A stretch of 64,000 nucleotides of DNA from an uncultured Chloroflexia bacterium. Lineage in GTDB: Bacteria > Chloroflexota > Limnocylindria > Limnocylindrales > CSP1-4. Positions 1-10,737 of this stretch are shown here, in pieces (the stretch's first letter is position 1; each line of letters opens with the position of its first letter). The notes under the pieces are model-generated. The model did no database searches and was not told the origin of the DNA. It was given only the letters and a program-made list of their open reading frames with translations. Position numbers and translations under genes: made by a program. The stretch is from contig CAVVNQ010000003.1 in the NCBI GenBank assembly GCA_963749705.1, positions 583,184-647,183 of the forward strand. The letters are read 5' to 3'.

Positions 1-2
1 AG

Positions 3-1400
3 GCACGGGTCCACGAGACGTCGTTGCGGATCCTGGCGGAGGTCGGCGTCCGGGTGCATGGCGACGTGGCGCCACGCTTGCTCGCGGCGGCCGGGGCAGA
101 GGTTGATGCGGAGACGGGGACCGCGCGGATCCCCTCGGGGCTCGTGGATGCGGCGCTGGCCCGCGCCCCGCGCGCGTTCACCCTCGGGGCGCGCAACCCG
201 GCGCTTGACTACCCGCTGCCATCGGCCGTCACCCGGTTCGCGATGGATGGCACGGCTGCGTTCACCCAGGACTTCGCGACCGGCGAACGGCGGTACGGCG
301 CCCGGCAGGACATCGTGGACGCGATGCGGATCCTCCAGGCGTGCGACCTGGCGGTCATGGGCTGGCCGCCGGTCGCGGCCTCGGACCGGCCCGTCGGCTC
401 GCGGCCGGTCCACGAGTTCGTGGCGATGCTCGGTGCGTCCTCGATGCACGGCCAGCACGAGCTCCATCGGCGTGATCAGGCGCCCTTCCTGGCCGCCGCG
501 CTGACCTCGATCGCGGGCGGCGAGGACCGCGTCCGGGAGCGCCACGAGGCGTCCGTCGTCTACTGCCCGGTCGCCCCGCTCGTCCATGACGGCGAGATGC
601 TCGACGCGTACCTGGACCTGGGGGCGCTCGACGTCCCGGTGATGGTGATGCCGATGCCCGTGCCCGGGACCACCGGACCGGCGGCGGTGCTGGGCAACAT
701 CGCGCTGGCCAACGCAGAGGCGCTGTCCGCGTTCGTCATCTTCCAGGTGGCCAACCCCGGGCGGCCGATGGTCTACAGCAGCGCGGTGGGGTCGATGGAC
801 TTCCGGACGGGGAACTTCCTGGCCGGCACGCCCGAGATGGGCATCCAGTCAGCCGCGCTCACCACGATGGGCCGCTTCTACGGGTTGCCGACCGCCGGCG
901 CCGGCTGTGCGTCCGATGCCCACGAGCCGGGCCCCGAGGCCTGCATCGAGAAGCTGATCACGATGCTCCCGTCGGTGTCGGCGGGGGCCGACATCGTGGT
1001 CGGCTACGGCGAGATCGACGGCGACCAGACGCTGCTGCTGGAGCAGGTTCTGGTCGACAACGAGCTCGCCCACCTCGCGCTCCGCCTGGTCGACGGGGTG
1101 GACGGACGTGACGGCGCCGAGCTGTTCGACGACGTGGTCGAGGTCGGACCGGGCGGCAACTTCCTGACCCTCGAGGCGACCCGACGCGCGGCGCGGAGCG
1201 GCGAGTTCTACGAGCCGTCGCTGATCGGACGCACGCCCTGGGAGTCGTGGCAGGGGCTCGGGCGGCCGTCGATGTACGGACGGGCTCGCGAGCGGGTCCG
1301 GGAGATCCTCGACGCTCCGATGGTCGACCCGCTGCCGGATCCGATCGTCGCGGAGCTCGACCGGATCCTCGCGGAGGCGGACCTGGCGCTCAACGACTAG
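3..1400 (+). CDS. Trimethylamine methyltransferase (MttB) superfamily protein, non-pyrrolysine, 5' end off-window
   Basis: Frame open from base 3 (ARVHETSLRILAEVGV). MttB-type motifs: MPVPGTTGP, MDFRTG..GTPE, YGLP....SD, LVDNEL, VGPGGNFL. Ends at TAG 1398-1400. Confidence 0.9.
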   Translation, partial: ARVHETSLRILAEVGVRVHGDVAPRLLAAAGAEVDAETGTARIPSGLVDAALARAPRAFTLGARNPALDYPLPSAVTRFAMDGTAAFTQDFATGERRYGARQDIVDAMRILQACDLAVMGWPPVAASDRPVGSRPVHEFVAMLGASSMHGQHELHRRDQAPFLAAALTSIAGGEDRVRERHEASVVYCPVAPLVHDGEMLDAYLDLGALDVPVMVMPMPVPGTTGPAAVLGNIALANAEALSAFVIFQVANPGRPMVYSSAVGSMDFRTGNFLAGTPEMGIQSAALTTMGRFYGLPTAGAGCASDAHEPGPEACIEKLITMLPSVSAGADIVVGYGEIDGDQTLLLEQVLVDNELAHLALRLVDGVDGRDGAELFDDVVEVGPGGNFLTLEATRRAARSGEFYEPSLIGRTPWESWQGLGRPSMYGRARERVREILDAPMVDPLPDPIVAELDRILAEADLALND

Positions 1401-1439
1401 CCTCGGCGGGCTCGACGAGCACCAGGCCACGACCCCGGA

Positions 1440-2505
1440 TCAGCGAAGCGCGACGCCCTCGCCGGCTTCCACGTGGCCGACCCGCCAGGCGTCGACACCG
1501 GCAGCGGCGAGGTCCGCCTCAACGGCCGCCAGCCGGTCCGCCGGGATCGCGGCCAGCAACCCACCCGAGGTCTGCGGGTCGTGGGCGAGTGCGACGAGCC
1601 GCCGGGCTCACGCCGTCCGCGATCGACAGCGACGGCGCCGTGAACCGGCGGTTGTGCCCGGCGCCGTCGGTCTCGTGGCCGCCAAGCGCCAGCTCGAGCG
1701 CGCCATCGAGCACCGGCAGGGCGGCCGCATCGAACACCAGCCTTGCCCCGCTGGCCCGCGCCATCTCCAGCCCATGGCCCAGGAGCCCGAACCCGGTCAC
1801 GTCGGTCGCGCCCCGGATCTCGTGCCGGACCAGCACCTCGGACGCCGCCCGGTTGAGGGTCCGCATCTGGGCGATCGCCGCGGCCAGCTCCGCGTCGCTG
1901 GTCCGACCCTGCCGGCGGCCGCTGACCAGCAGCCCGGTTCCCAGCCGCTTGGTCAGCAGCAGCACGTCACCGGGATCTGCCCCGCCCTTGCGGAACAGGT
2001 GGTCCGGGTGGGCGGCGCCGATCACCGCCAGCCCGTACTTCGGCTCCGCGTCCCGGATCGTGTGCCCGCCGGCGAGGATCCCGCCCGCCTCGCGGACCTT
2101 GCCGGCGGCCGCCTCGAACACGGCGGCGAGGGCCGCCTTCGGGAAGTCCTCGGGAAACGCCGCGATCGACAGCGCGAACAGGACCCGCCCGCCCATCGCG
2201 AACACGTCGGACAGCGCGTTGGCCGCGGCGATCTCGCCGTACGCCACCGGGTCGTCCACGAGCGGCGGGAAGAAGTCGAGCGTGCCCAGGATCGCGAGAT
2301 CGTCGGACACCCGGTAGGCGGCGGCGTCGTCGGGCGGCTCGAGGCCGGCCAGGAGCGCGGGATCGGCGGCACCTGCGCCCGCGCCCAGCCCGGCGAGCGC
2401 CTCGGCGAGCAGGTCGGCACCGAGCTTCGCGGCACAGCCACCGCAATCGGTCATCTCGGTCAGGCGGATGCGGCGGGCGGCGTCGGGGCGGGATGCGGTG
2501 GACAT
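1440..2505 (-). CDS. selD: Selenide, water dikinase (Cys form), with a +1 frameshift near 1600
   Basis: LTEMTDCGGCAAKL, DDAAAY, DFFPP, AANALSDVFAMGG, GGHT, TDVTGFGLLGH. The conserved tail DPQTSGGLL...RVGHV lies in the adjacent frame and ends at TGA 1440-1442. Confidence 0.95.
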
Positions 2506-2614
2506 GGCTCGATCATACGGGCGCCGGGGCCGACTCCCGACGATGGCCGCCGGCGCATCGCTCGATCCGCGGGGCTCCGGCCGGACCGGCGGCGCGTCCG
2601 CACCTCCGGCGCAC

Positions 2615-2620
2615 CATAAT
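2615..2620 (+). promoter_or_regulatory. -10 box (CATAAT) of the tRNA-Sec gene
   Basis: Near-consensus -10 element 10 nt upstream of the tRNA 5' end. Confidence 0.6.
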
Positions 2621-2630
2621 CGGCCGGCGG

Positions 2631-2727
2631 GGGAGCGGAGGGGTCCCGGTGGGCTCCCCGGTCTTCAAAACCGGTGGCGCGGCGCCCGGCGTCGCGCGGT
2701 GGGTTCGACTCCCATGCGCTCCCGCCA
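2631..2727 (+). tRNA. selC: tRNA-Sec (anticodon UCA)
   Basis: Acceptor GGGAGCG/CGCTCCC, discriminator G, encoded CCA. 6-bp D stem with CGGT loop, anticodon arm CCGGT-CTTCAAA-ACCGG (TCA at 2665-2667), long variable arm, T arm GTGGG-TTCGACT-CCCAT. Adjacent to selD/selA/selB. Confidence 0.97.
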
Positions 2728-2741
2728 CCCCGACCCGGTCG

Positions 2742-4220
2742 TCAGTCGGCGAGCTCGCGGTCCGCGGCCGCCAGGATCCGGGTCAGCTCGGCCTGCTCGG
2801 CAGCACCGAGCGGCTCCGGATGGTGGTTGGCGCGGATCCAGGCGACCTTCTCGCGCGCCACCTCGACCGGATCGCGGTACCGACCCTGCGCCAGCTCGTG
2901 GGTCAGCCCGCGCTTGAGCGAGGTTCGCATGTGGGTCCGCGTGTGCTCCTCGGCCAGGAAGTGACCACCGGGGCCGACGGCGGCGATCACGTCCAGCGCG
3001 AGCGTCTCGTCGTCGATCTCCTCGGCCAGCAGCGCATGGCGGGCCCGCTGGTAGATGTCGTGGTCGAGGATGATCCCCTCGGGGTATAGCAAGGTGTAGG
3101 TGCGGTCGAGCCCGAGACCCGTCACGAGCTCCGGGCCCGCGAGCCCGCCCAGGAACGGGTCGAGGGCCACCTCGGCCGCCGCCTGCCACGTCCCGGCCGC
3201 CGGCGAGTCGGTGCCGAAGCAGGCCGCCATCGACGGCAGGCCCCAGTGGTGGGCCATCTCCACCGGCGCGTAGCGTGCTCGCGAGTCGATCCCGTACCCG
3301 ACGTAGCTGCCGGTCCGTGGATCGGCCCACGCCTTCATGATCGAGTGGAACACCGGCGTGCCGGGGTAGGCGAGCTGGAGCAGGACGATCCCGGAGATGA
3401 CCTCGGCGTCACCGACGACCAGCGCCCCGGCGTTGGTGGCCGGCGCGGTCGTGCCCAGCGTGGGCATCGCCAGCACGCCGATCGGGAGCCCGGCCTCGGC
3501 CATGACCAGCGCCGATTCGAGCGCGGCGTGGTCGTGGGCGAGGGGCGCGATCGAGCACACCAGGTTGGACAGGACGGGGCGCTCGCGGAGGGCCTCGTGC
3601 GAACCGGCGAGGACCGTCGCCATCTCGACCGCGTAGCGAGCCGCGGCATCGCCCATGACCATGCCCTGGAAGTGCTTGACCGTGTTGTTGACCGCTGCGT
3701 CGATCTCGTGGAGCTGCGAGGTCCGCCCGTGGTCCTGGGCGCTCACCGTGGGCCACATGAAGCCGATGGCGCCGAGGTAGTCGGCGATCCGGGCCATCTC
3801 CGCGACATCGGCCTTGCGCGAGGGACGCTCCTCGCGGGTGTCCCAGTCGATGGTCGCCACGCCGCAGCCGTCGGTCGTGTAGTAGCTGGTGCCATCCTCG
3901 AGGTGGAGGTCGAAGGCCGGGTTGCGCGCAGCCATCGTGAACCGCCGCGGCGCCATCGCAACGGCCCGGAGCACGAGGTCCCGCGGGAAGCGGACGATCT
4001 GCGTGGCCCGATCGACGATCGCGCCATGGCCGGCGAGGATCTCGAGCGACCGCTCGTTGGGGAACCGGACGCCCGTTTCCTCGAGCACCCGCAGGGTCGC
4101 GTCCTGGAGGCGGTCGAGCTGCTCGTCCTCGAGGAAGGTGACCCGCCGGGACGAGCGCATCGGCTCAAGCGGCGGGGTGGGACCCCAGGTCGCGGCGGAC
4201 GGATCCATCAGGCCGGTCAT
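2742..4220 (-). CDS. Second MttB-superfamily methyltransferase, non-pyrrolysine
   Basis: GGGAG RBS before MTGLMDP. Motifs ATLRVLEETGVRF, MPTLGTTAPAT, DPRTG, WGLP....TD, VGPGGHFL. The upstream part of the ORF-track call is antisense to selA. Confidence 0.9.
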   Translation of the reverse strand: MTGLMDPSAATWGPTPPLEPMRSSRRVTFLEDEQLDRLQDATLRVLEETGVRFPNERSLEILAGHGAIVDRATQIVRFPRDLVLRAVAMAPRRFTMAARNPAFDLHLEDGTSYYTTDGCGVATIDWDTREERPSRKADVAEMARIADYLGAIGFMWPTVSAQDHGRTSQLHEIDAAVNNTVKHFQGMVMGDAAARYAVEMATVLAGSHEALRERPVLSNLVCSIAPLAHDHAALESALVMAEAGLPIGVLAMPTLGTTAPATNAGALVVGDAEVISGIVLLQLAYPGTPVFHSIMKAWADPRTGSYVGYGIDSRARYAPVEMAHHWGLPSMAACFGTDSPAAGTWQAAAEVALDPFLGGLAGPELVTGLGLDRTYTLLYPEGIILDHDIYQRARHALLAEEIDDETLALDVIAAVGPGGHFLAEEHTRTHMRTSLKRGLTHELAQGRYRDPVEVAREKVAWIRANHHPEPLGAAEQAELTRILAAADRELAD

Positions 4221-4358
4221 GGTCCACTCCCTTGCGCTGCCCCCCGCGGTCGACCGCGGACAGGCTGGGACGCCATCGCCAGTCTGCGCGTCGGGCACCG
4301 GACGGACAAGCGAGCGTCCTGCCGGGCGCGTCGCTCCCGTGCCTGCCATGATCGCCGG

Positions 4359-5732
4359 GTGAGCCCGCCGACCCGCGCCCACCCGCCCAGCGTCGACCGC
4401 GTCCTGTCCGCCGCGCGCGCGTCCGTCGCCGGTCGCGACCCGGCGGCGGTGCTCTCGATCGCGCGCGCCGTCGTGGACGAGGAGCGCGCGCGGCTTGCGG
4501 GAGCGGGGCCCGGCGCCACGGCAAGCCCGGCGGCGGACCTCGGGCGGGAGGTCGGGGCCCGCCTCGAAGCGCTGGAGCGCGCCACTGCTCCGCAGCGGGT
4601 CATCAATGCCACGGGCGTCATCGTCCACACCAACCTCGGGCGTGCGCCGTGGCCAACGGCGGCGATCCACGCCGCGCGCGCCGCGGCCGAGGCCCCGTTG
4701 TTGCTCGAGCTGGATCCGGCCACGGGCCGGCGAGGCCGGCGATACGGCGACGCGGAGGACCATCTGGTCGCGCTCACGGGCGCCGCGGATGCGCTGGTGG
4801 TCAACAACAACGCCGCGGCGGTCGCGCTCGCGGTCGGCCTGGCGGGGCGCGGCGGCGGCGTTGCGGTGAGCCGCGGCGAGCTGGTCGAGATCGGCGGTGG
4901 CGTGCGGATCCCCGAGATCGTCCGGCGTGCCGGCGCCCGGCTGGTCGAGGTGGGGACGACCAATCGGACCCGCGTCCGCGACTTCGAGGCGGCGCTCGCG
5001 GCGGGTTCGATCCGGGCTGTGCTTCGCGTCCATCCGTCCAACTTCCGGCAGGACGGGTTCGTGGAGACGCCGGAGCCGGCGGCGCTCGCGGCGGCCGCCC
5101 ATGCACACGGCGCGATCGTCATCGACGACCTCGGCAGCGGCGCGCTGCTCGATACGGCCGCGTTCGGGCTTGCGCACGAGCCGACCCCGGCCGAGCGGCT
5201 GGCCGACGGCGCGGACCTGGTGACGTTCAGCGGCGACAAGCTCGTCGGAGGCCCGCAGGCGGGGTTCATCGTCGGTCGCGCGGACCTCGTGGAGCGGCTC
5301 CGGCGCGACCCGCTCGCCCGTGCCATGCGCCCGGACAAGGTGGTGCTCGCCGGGGTGGCCGCGACCCTTGCGCTCTACCGGGCCGGAGTGGCCGCGCGCG
5401 ACGTCCCGGTTTGGCGGCAGATCGCGACGCCCGTGGAACGGCTGGAATCGCGGGCTGCGGCGATCGCGGAGACGATCCCCGGCGCGGCCGTCGGCGAGGT
5501 GGAATCGACGGTCGGCGGTGGCTCGCTGCCCGGTGAGACGCTCCCGTCGCGCGCCGTGATCGTGTCGACGTCGTCGCCTGACCGGCTCCTCGCCCGGCTG
5601 CGAGCCGGGTCTCCGGTCATCGTCGGGCGGATCGCGGACGGTGCCGTGGTCCTTGACGTGCGGACCGTGGAGCCCGAGGACGACCAGGCGCTCGCGCGTG
5701 CCCTGACCGCCGCGCTCGGCGAGCCGGGCTGA
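4359..5732 (+). CDS. selA: L-seryl-tRNA(Sec) selenium transferase
   Basis: VINATGVIVHTNLGRAP, VNNNAAA, SRGELVEIGG, EVGTTNRT, DDLGSG, PLP-lysine FSGDKLVGGPQAG. GTG start 6 nt after CATGAT. Confidence 0.96.
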   Translation: MSPPTRAHPPSVDRVLSAARASVAGRDPAAVLSIARAVVDEERARLAGAGPGATASPAADLGREVGARLEALERATAPQRVINATGVIVHTNLGRAPWPTAAIHAARAAAEAPLLLELDPATGRRGRRYGDAEDHLVALTGAADALVVNNNAAAVALAVGLAGRGGGVAVSRGELVEIGGGVRIPEIVRRAGARLVEVGTTNRTRVRDFEAALAAGSIRAVLRVHPSNFRQDGFVETPEPAALAAAAHAHGAIVIDDLGSGALLDTAAFGLAHEPTPAERLADGADLVTFSGDKLVGGPQAGFIVGRADLVERLRRDPLARAMRPDKVVLAGVAATLALYRAGVAARDVPVWRQIATPVERLESRAAAIAETIPGAAVGEVESTVGGGSLPGETLPSRAVIVSTSSPDRLLARLRAGSPVIVGRIADGAVVLDVRTVEPEDDQALARALTAALGEPG

Positions 5733-5746
5733 CGCGACACGCCGCG

Positions 5747-7621
5747 ATGAGCGTCGTCATCGGCACGGCCGGCCACATCGACCACGGCAAGACCACGCTC
5801 CTGCGCGCGCTCACGGGGATCGATGCGGACCGGCTGCCCGAGGAGCGGCGCCGGGGCATGACGATCGACGTGGGATACGCGCATCTCGCGCTGCCGGACG
5901 GCGAGGTCGTCGACTTCGTGGACGTGCCCGGCCACGACCGGCTGGTCGGCAACATGCTGGTCGGCGCCGGCGAGATCGATGCCGCGCTGCTGGTCGTCGC
6001 GGCCGACGACGGACCGAACGCCCAGACGCTGGAGCACCTCGAGCTCCTCGATGCGCTCGCGATCAGCGGCGGGATCGCCGTGGTGACGAAGGCGGACCTG
6101 GCGCCCGATGCGGATCACCGCGCTGGGCTCATCGCCACGATCCGCGGGCTGCTCGACCGGACGGCCCTGGCCGGCGCTCCGGTGCTGGTCGCGTCGGCCA
6201 CGACCGGCGAGGGGATCCCGGAGGTGCGGTCGGCGATCGGGACGCTGGCCGAGCGAGCGAGGTCTCGGGCGTTGTTCGATGGCCACCCGCGGCTCGCCAT
6301 CGATCGCGTGTTCGCCGTCCGGGGTCGCGGCACCGTGGTCACCGGAAGCCTGCGTGGCGGGCCGCTCGATCGCGACATGATGCTGCGGCTGGTCCCCGGC
6401 GGTGCCGAGGTCCGGGTGCGCGAGGTCCAGGTCCGCGGCGCAGCGGTTGAGCGCGCGGTGGCGGGTCGCACGGCGCTGCTCGTCGGCGGCGTTGAGGCGG
6501 CGGCCCTTCGTCGCGGCCAGGTGTTGACGACGGACCCGGGAGTGGTGGAGACGTCGCGGGTCCTGGTGGCGGTCCGGCCGGTCGCGCGCGCCTCGGGGGC
6601 GCCCGCACCGCCGCCGGCGGATCGCGAGCGAGTGCGCCTGCACGCGGGCACCGAGCAGGCGGGCGTGCTCGTCGTGCGCGGCCCGCGCGAGGCGATCGAC
6701 CTGCCGGACGCCACGGGCGTCGCACTGCTCCGGCTCGACCGGACGGTCGCGGCGGCTCCGGGGGACCGGTTCGCCCTTCGCCGGCCTTCCCCGGGTTCGA
6801 CGGCCGGCGGCGGGGTGGTCCTCGATCCGCTGCCGCCGCGCGGGGTCTCGCGCCGCCGGCTCACGCCGGCGCGCGCCGCCGCGCTTGCGACGGCGCCGGT
6901 GGGGTCCGTCGAGGCACGGGTCGACCTCCATGGGGCGTTGCGTCATGGCGGCGCCTGGGCGCTCGCTGCCGATGTCGAAGCGGCGCTGGCGGCGCGGGCC
7001 GGTGCGGTCGTTGCCGATCACCACGCGGCGGACCCGGCCTCGGTCGGGCCGGCGGTCGCGCAGGTCCGCCAGGAGGTCGCGCGTGCGGCCCGGCGTCTGG
7101 CGACGCTCGACCGCACGGCGGCCGACGAGGTCGCGGCGGTCGTGGTCGATGCGCTGGTGGCTCGCGGCGAGGTCGCCCGCGACGGCGATCGGCTGCGCGA
7201 TCCTGCGAGGGCGCCCGGATTGCCCGAGGCCACGCTGGCGGCGATGGACCGCCTCGAGGCCACGCTGGCGGTTGCCGCCCCACCCCCGCTTGCCGAGGCG
7301 GCCCGGGCCGCGGGCTGCCCGCCCGATGGGGTTCGCGCGCTCGAAGCCGCCGGCCGCCTGGTCCGGCTGGAGGACGATCTCGCGTGGTCCGGGACGACGT
7401 ACCGGGAGCTGTCGCGTCGCGCGCTCGCCATGGCCGCCGAGACACCGCTCACCCCGGCCGCCTTCCGCGATGCGACCGGCACGAGCCGGCGCTACGTGCT
7501 CCTGATCCTCGAGGATCTCGACCGGCGAGGGCTGCTGCGGCGGACGGACGCCGGGCACGTCCTGGGGCCGAAGACGCTCGCGCGGCTCCGCGAGCGGGCG
7601 GCAGGCGGCCACGCGCGATGA
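5747..7621 (+). CDS. selB: Selenocysteine-specific elongation factor
   Basis: GTAGHIDHGKT, DRLPEE.RRGMTID.G, DVPGH, TKAD, and a C-terminal winged helix (FRDATGTSRRY...LD). Confidence 0.96.
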   Translation: MSVVIGTAGHIDHGKTTLLRALTGIDADRLPEERRRGMTIDVGYAHLALPDGEVVDFVDVPGHDRLVGNMLVGAGEIDAALLVVAADDGPNAQTLEHLELLDALAISGGIAVVTKADLAPDADHRAGLIATIRGLLDRTALAGAPVLVASATTGEGIPEVRSAIGTLAERARSRALFDGHPRLAIDRVFAVRGRGTVVTGSLRGGPLDRDMMLRLVPGGAEVRVREVQVRGAAVERAVAGRTALLVGGVEAAALRRGQVLTTDPGVVETSRVLVAVRPVARASGAPAPPPADRERVRLHAGTEQAGVLVVRGPREAIDLPDATGVALLRLDRTVAAAPGDRFALRRPSPGSTAGGGVVLDPLPPRGVSRRRLTPARAAALATAPVGSVEARVDLHGALRHGGAWALAADVEAALAARAGAVVADHHAADPASVGPAVAQVRQEVARAARRLATLDRTAADEVAAVVVDALVARGEVARDGDRLRDPARAPGLPEATLAAMDRLEATLAVAAPPPLAEAARAAGCPPDGVRALEAAGRLVRLEDDLAWSGTTYRELSRRALAMAAETPLTPAAFRDATGTSRRYVLLILEDLDRRGLLRRTDAGHVLGPKTLARLRERAAGGHAR

Positions 7622-8342
7622 GCCGGCCCGATGTCGTCGCGATCGTGCTCGCGGGTGGCGCCTCATCACGTTTCGGATCGGACAAGCTTGCTGCTCAGCT
7701 GGACGGCCGGCCGCTGCTCCATTACGCGCTCGAGGCGGTGGCCGAGGTCGCGGGGTGGATCATCGTCGTTGCCTCCCCCGACACGGCGGCTCCATCGATA
7801 CTGCCGGCCCTCGTGGATCGGGTGACGATCGCCCGGGACAGCGTCGCGCACGCGGGGCCGCTGGCCGGGCTCGCGGCCGGACTGGCGGCCGAGCTCGCCG
7901 CCGAGCTCGGCGGCGAGCTCGCTGCTGTCCGCGATGAGCGTCCGCGCATCGCCCGGGAGGGGTCGCCGCGCATCGCCGCCGATGAGCGTCCGCGCATCGC
8001 CCGGGAGGGGTCGCCGCGCATCGCGCTGGTCGTGGGCGGCGACATGCCATCGCTCGTCCCGGGCGTCCTGCGGCTGCTCCTCGACTCGCTTGCCGCCGAC
8101 CCAGGTCTCGCTGCGATGACCCTCGCCGCATCGCCGGAGGCGCCGCTGCCGATGGTGGTGCGCCCGAGCGCGGTGTCGGTCGCCGTCGACGCATGTCTCG
8201 CCGCCGAGCGTCGAAGCCTGCGCGCGCTGCTCGATGCGGTGCCGTCGGCCAGGGTTCCGGAGTCGGCCTGGCGCACGCTCGATCCTGGCGGGCGGACGCT
8301 CGCGGACGTCGACCGGCCCGAGGACGTGCGCCCCGCAGGCGG

Positions 8343-8346
<4 letters not shown>
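7618..8346 (+). CDS. mobA: Molybdenum cofactor guanylyltransferase (MobA-like NTP transferase)
   Basis: IVLAGGASSRFGSDK, GPLAG, GGDMP, DVDRPED. ATGA overlap with the selB stop. Confidence 0.85.
7933..8024 (+). repeat. 48-bp in-frame tandem duplication in mobA (DERPRIAREGSPRIA x2)
   Basis: GATGAGCGTCCGCGCATCGCCCGGGAGGGGTCGCCGCGCATCGC at 7933 and 7981. Confidence 0.95.
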
Positions 8347-10007
<1,661 letters not shown>

Positions 10008-10128
10008 GCGCGAAGCATGGCAGCGGGCGTGGTGCCGTGGAACGGCCGTTGCATGTGCCGGGGCGCTCGTCGCGTTGCACGTGCCGAGCCCCCGCGGCAC
10101 GACCTCGACCGCCGGGTACCCTGCACGG

Positions 10129-10677
10129 ATGACGACCGTTCACCTGCTCCACGCCGGCTACGCGGGCGACCGCGTGGGCTCGTCCATCGTCCTGGTCCGC
10201 GATTCCGATGCGCTGATCGTGGTCGATCCCGGGATGGTGGCCCGCCGATCGCTGATCCTCGATCCGCTGCGCGACCTGGGCGTCGCTCCCGAGGCGGTGA
10301 CCCACGTGTTCCTCAGCCACCACCACCCGGACCACACCGTCAACATCGCGCTGTTCCCCAACGCGGAGGTGGTGGACTTCTGGGCTCGCTACAGGGACGA
10401 CCTGTGGCTCGACCACGACGGCGACGGGTATCAGCTGTCGCCGCGGAGCGAGCTGTGGCTGACGCCGGGGCACACCGAGGAGGACGCGACGCTCGTCGTC
10501 CGGGCTGACGACGCGGTGTACGCGATGACCCACCTGTGGTGGCGCGAGGACCGCACGCCGCTCGAGGACCCGCTGGGCTGGGACCAGGCGCTGATCGAGC
10601 AGCACCGCGAGCGCGTGCTCGCCGCTGCCGACATCGTGATCCCGGGCCACGGCGGCCCGTTCCGGGTGGCTCGCTGA
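10129..10677 (+). CDS. MBL-fold metallo-hydrolase
   Basis: SHHHPDH, TPGHT, IVIPGHG. Confidence 0.88.
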   Translation: MTTVHLLHAGYAGDRVGSSIVLVRDSDALIVVDPGMVARRSLILDPLRDLGVAPEAVTHVFLSHHHPDHTVNIALFPNAEVVDFWARYRDDLWLDHDGDGYQLSPRSELWLTPGHTEEDATLVVRADDAVYAMTHLWWREDRTPLEDPLGWDQALIEQHRERVLAAADIVIPGHGGPFRVAR

Positions 10678-10737
10678 GGGTCGCGTTCACGGGATCGGTT
10701 GACGGCTCGCCCGATGCCGGGGTTGCCGGCTCGCCGG

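Noticed and set aside
1398-1400. TAG at the end of MttB-1 as possible pyrrolysine read-through
   Set aside because: It falls at the normal C-terminus, not at the internal Pyl position, and no pyl genes are in the window.
2638-2716. G-G mismatch at the eighth acceptor pair of tRNA-Sec as a novel fold
   Set aside because: All other spacing fits the canonical bacterial 8/5 layout, and a single mismatch is not enough to claim a new structure.
4330-4345. CGCTCCCG as a duplicated tRNA-Sec 3' end (att site) flanking MttB-2
   Set aside because: Only 8 nt in GC-rich DNA, and there is no integrase.
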